From Chlorokybus atmophyticus (taxonomy: Eukaryota; Plantae; Mesostigma and Chlorokybus algae), in the NCBI GenBank assembly GCA_009103225.1, contig RHPI01001946.1, positions 209,330 to 273,329 on the forward strand: 64,000 nucleotides of DNA. The letters are read 5' to 3'. The stretch's first letter is position 1; each line of letters opens with the position of its first letter. The notes under the pieces are model-generated. The model was not told where the DNA came from. It saw nothing but the letters and a program-made list of their open reading frames with translations, and searched no databases. The position numbers and the translations under genes are program-made. This document shows, piece after piece, positions 62,435 through 64,000 of this stretch.

Positions 62435-63520
62435 GCTAAAGCTTGAGCAGCAGTATGCTTATGCGAGTGTATAGGAGCGGTTTCTAAAATGACAAGCTAT
62501 CTGATTAGTGATCATTCTCATGCATCAGAAGTTGAGATGCAAGGATATGGACTGGGGATAGCAAGTCACCAGCAAAACCAATAGCCTGCACCCACCGCCA
62601 GTTTGCCACTGCGGACTGAGCTGCAATAAGCTTATAGCACTGTATTTTGCACAAGCTCAAGCAAGTGTCACATGCCTTACCCTTGGACGAGTACTCCCCA
62701 CTGAAGTTGCACGATGCATGCACGATGTGCGTACTACAATGCATGATGACAGTACTACGCCACCAATGGGTTAAACACACGTTCAATACAATGTATTGTT
62801 ATGCGCCATGGTTTCCAGAGGTTGCCAGCAGCGTACTCCATCAGTCACATCAAACCACAGTTGCATGCTACTTGTGAAGCGACCCTTGGCCAACACAAAA
62901 GTTTTCATCTAGGTGAAACAATTGGCCGCTGTGTTTCTAGGCGCATTGCCTTCACACATGCTGCAAGCATTGCATCCATCCATAGCATGTGTGCGAGCAC
63001 TGAACAAGCAAACCATGCTCAGCTCCAATCCAGTAATTGACGAAGCTAGTAACGAGCAGTGCCGTGACCATCGTTGCAGAGTCCTGGGACAATGTGTAAC
63101 CGCAGTGGGATATGAACAAGTGCTGGAGCAAGCGAGAGGTAGCAAGCAAGTTGGTCAACGAGGGCATGTAACAGGAGACAGCGCCACATGTCTGTGTGGC
63201 ATGCAGTCAAGCTGCTGCAGTTGTTTAGCGTTGAACAAGCTGGTAGGTTAATTGTGACATTGACCTCTTGCTGAATGACAAACACACCGTGCAAGCAGAC
63301 TGAATTAAAGCGATGAGAGGCCAGACACAAGGGCTTGACTTACAGCAGTAGAGCCGATCAACTTGGCATCGTGTAACAAAATACAGCGTACAATTTCCAA
63401 ACCAGCTTGCCAGTGTTTGACAGATTTCACAAAGCTGGGTCCCTGACAGTCACTCTAAGCTGTTCTCCCCTAGGGATGAGCATGCCTGAGCGCCTGCTTG
63501 CCGACAGCCTCCTCCTGCAT

Positions 63521-64000
63521 ATGGCGTCGGCGTCGTCAACATTACCCATGTGTTCAACACCTCGTTCAGCTCATCCGTGTGCTCCTTTGCCTACTACTTC
63601 CAACGACGCCCGAGAAGCTCCTCCCGTCGCCGCCGCCGCCGCCGCCGCCGCCGTCGCAGACACTAACAGCCCTGCCACTGACGTTCTTGAGCTAAGCGCC
63701 CTGCAGCTTTGTAGAGGCGGAGGTGGAGGTGGTAGAGGCGCTGGCGGAGGCAGAGGCGGCGCCGGTGGTGCTGGTGGTGGATGGGTGAGGTGAGGTTTGT
63801 TGCTGACGGTGAGAAGGTAGCTCAGTATCACAATGACAACGACCAGGGCAAGCAGGCGGGCGGAGCTGGAGTGGTGGATATGTGGAGGCGAGGTACAATC
63901 TGCATGTGGTGGGCACTGTCACTCCGTGTAGTTGCATGCGCAATTGCAGACTGCTGCTCCACCAGCCTCAACAACAAGCCAGCATTGGCTGCCCCGCCCC
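63521..64000 (+). CDS. Probable 5' end of an unidentified gene (low-complexity Ala/Gly-rich first exon)
   Basis: GC-rich MASASSTLP...PPVAAAAAAAAVAD...GGGGGGRGAGG..., a GTGAG donor at ~63790 and a candidate next exon after TGCAG at ~63949. Resembles the first exons of the other genes here; no family recognised. Confidence 0.35.

Noticed and set aside
1-64000. CRISPR arrays, rRNA/tRNA genes, prokaryotic operons, or bacterial contamination as the source of the bacterial-like genes
   Set aside because: No repeat-spacer arrays or RNA-gene signatures were seen. The bacterial-like genes carry many spliceosomal introns and sit among eukaryotic genes, so they are integrated nuclear genes.

Overview
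Intron-rich eukaryotic nuclear DNA with roughly balanced GC, short introns rich in TGCA/CATG, and four N gaps. The protein matches are plant-like (HemD with a transit peptide, NPK1/ANP MAP3K, At5g43260-like DnaJ zinc finger), so an early-diverging streptophyte alga such as Chlorokybus is likely (inference). Recognisable genes are HEMD (partial), DIM1/YLS8, an NPK1/ANP-type MAP3K, a small DnaJ-like Zn-finger protein, a bacterial HDAH-type deacetylase, DNAJC11/ATJ13, an LLPH-like basic protein, ZMAT2/Snu23 and an LRR + SAPS-like protein. A decayed Penelope-like retroelement is also present. The main unexplained feature is a local family of ~20-exon genes for an uncharacterised ~900-aa secreted or membrane-anchored protein. 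It has two apparently intact copies (46940-52872 and 57742-62434, minus strand), one pseudogene split by a 3.6-kb SAP/Zn-finger insertion (5035-13423, plus strand) and an orphan first-exon duplicate (~55-56.3 kb). Its motifs resemble, from memory only, an uncharacterised protein family of PVC-group bacteria, which suggests a horizontally acquired gene family undergoing birth and death. Exon structures were spliced by hand and family assignments come from recalled motifs; no database search was run.
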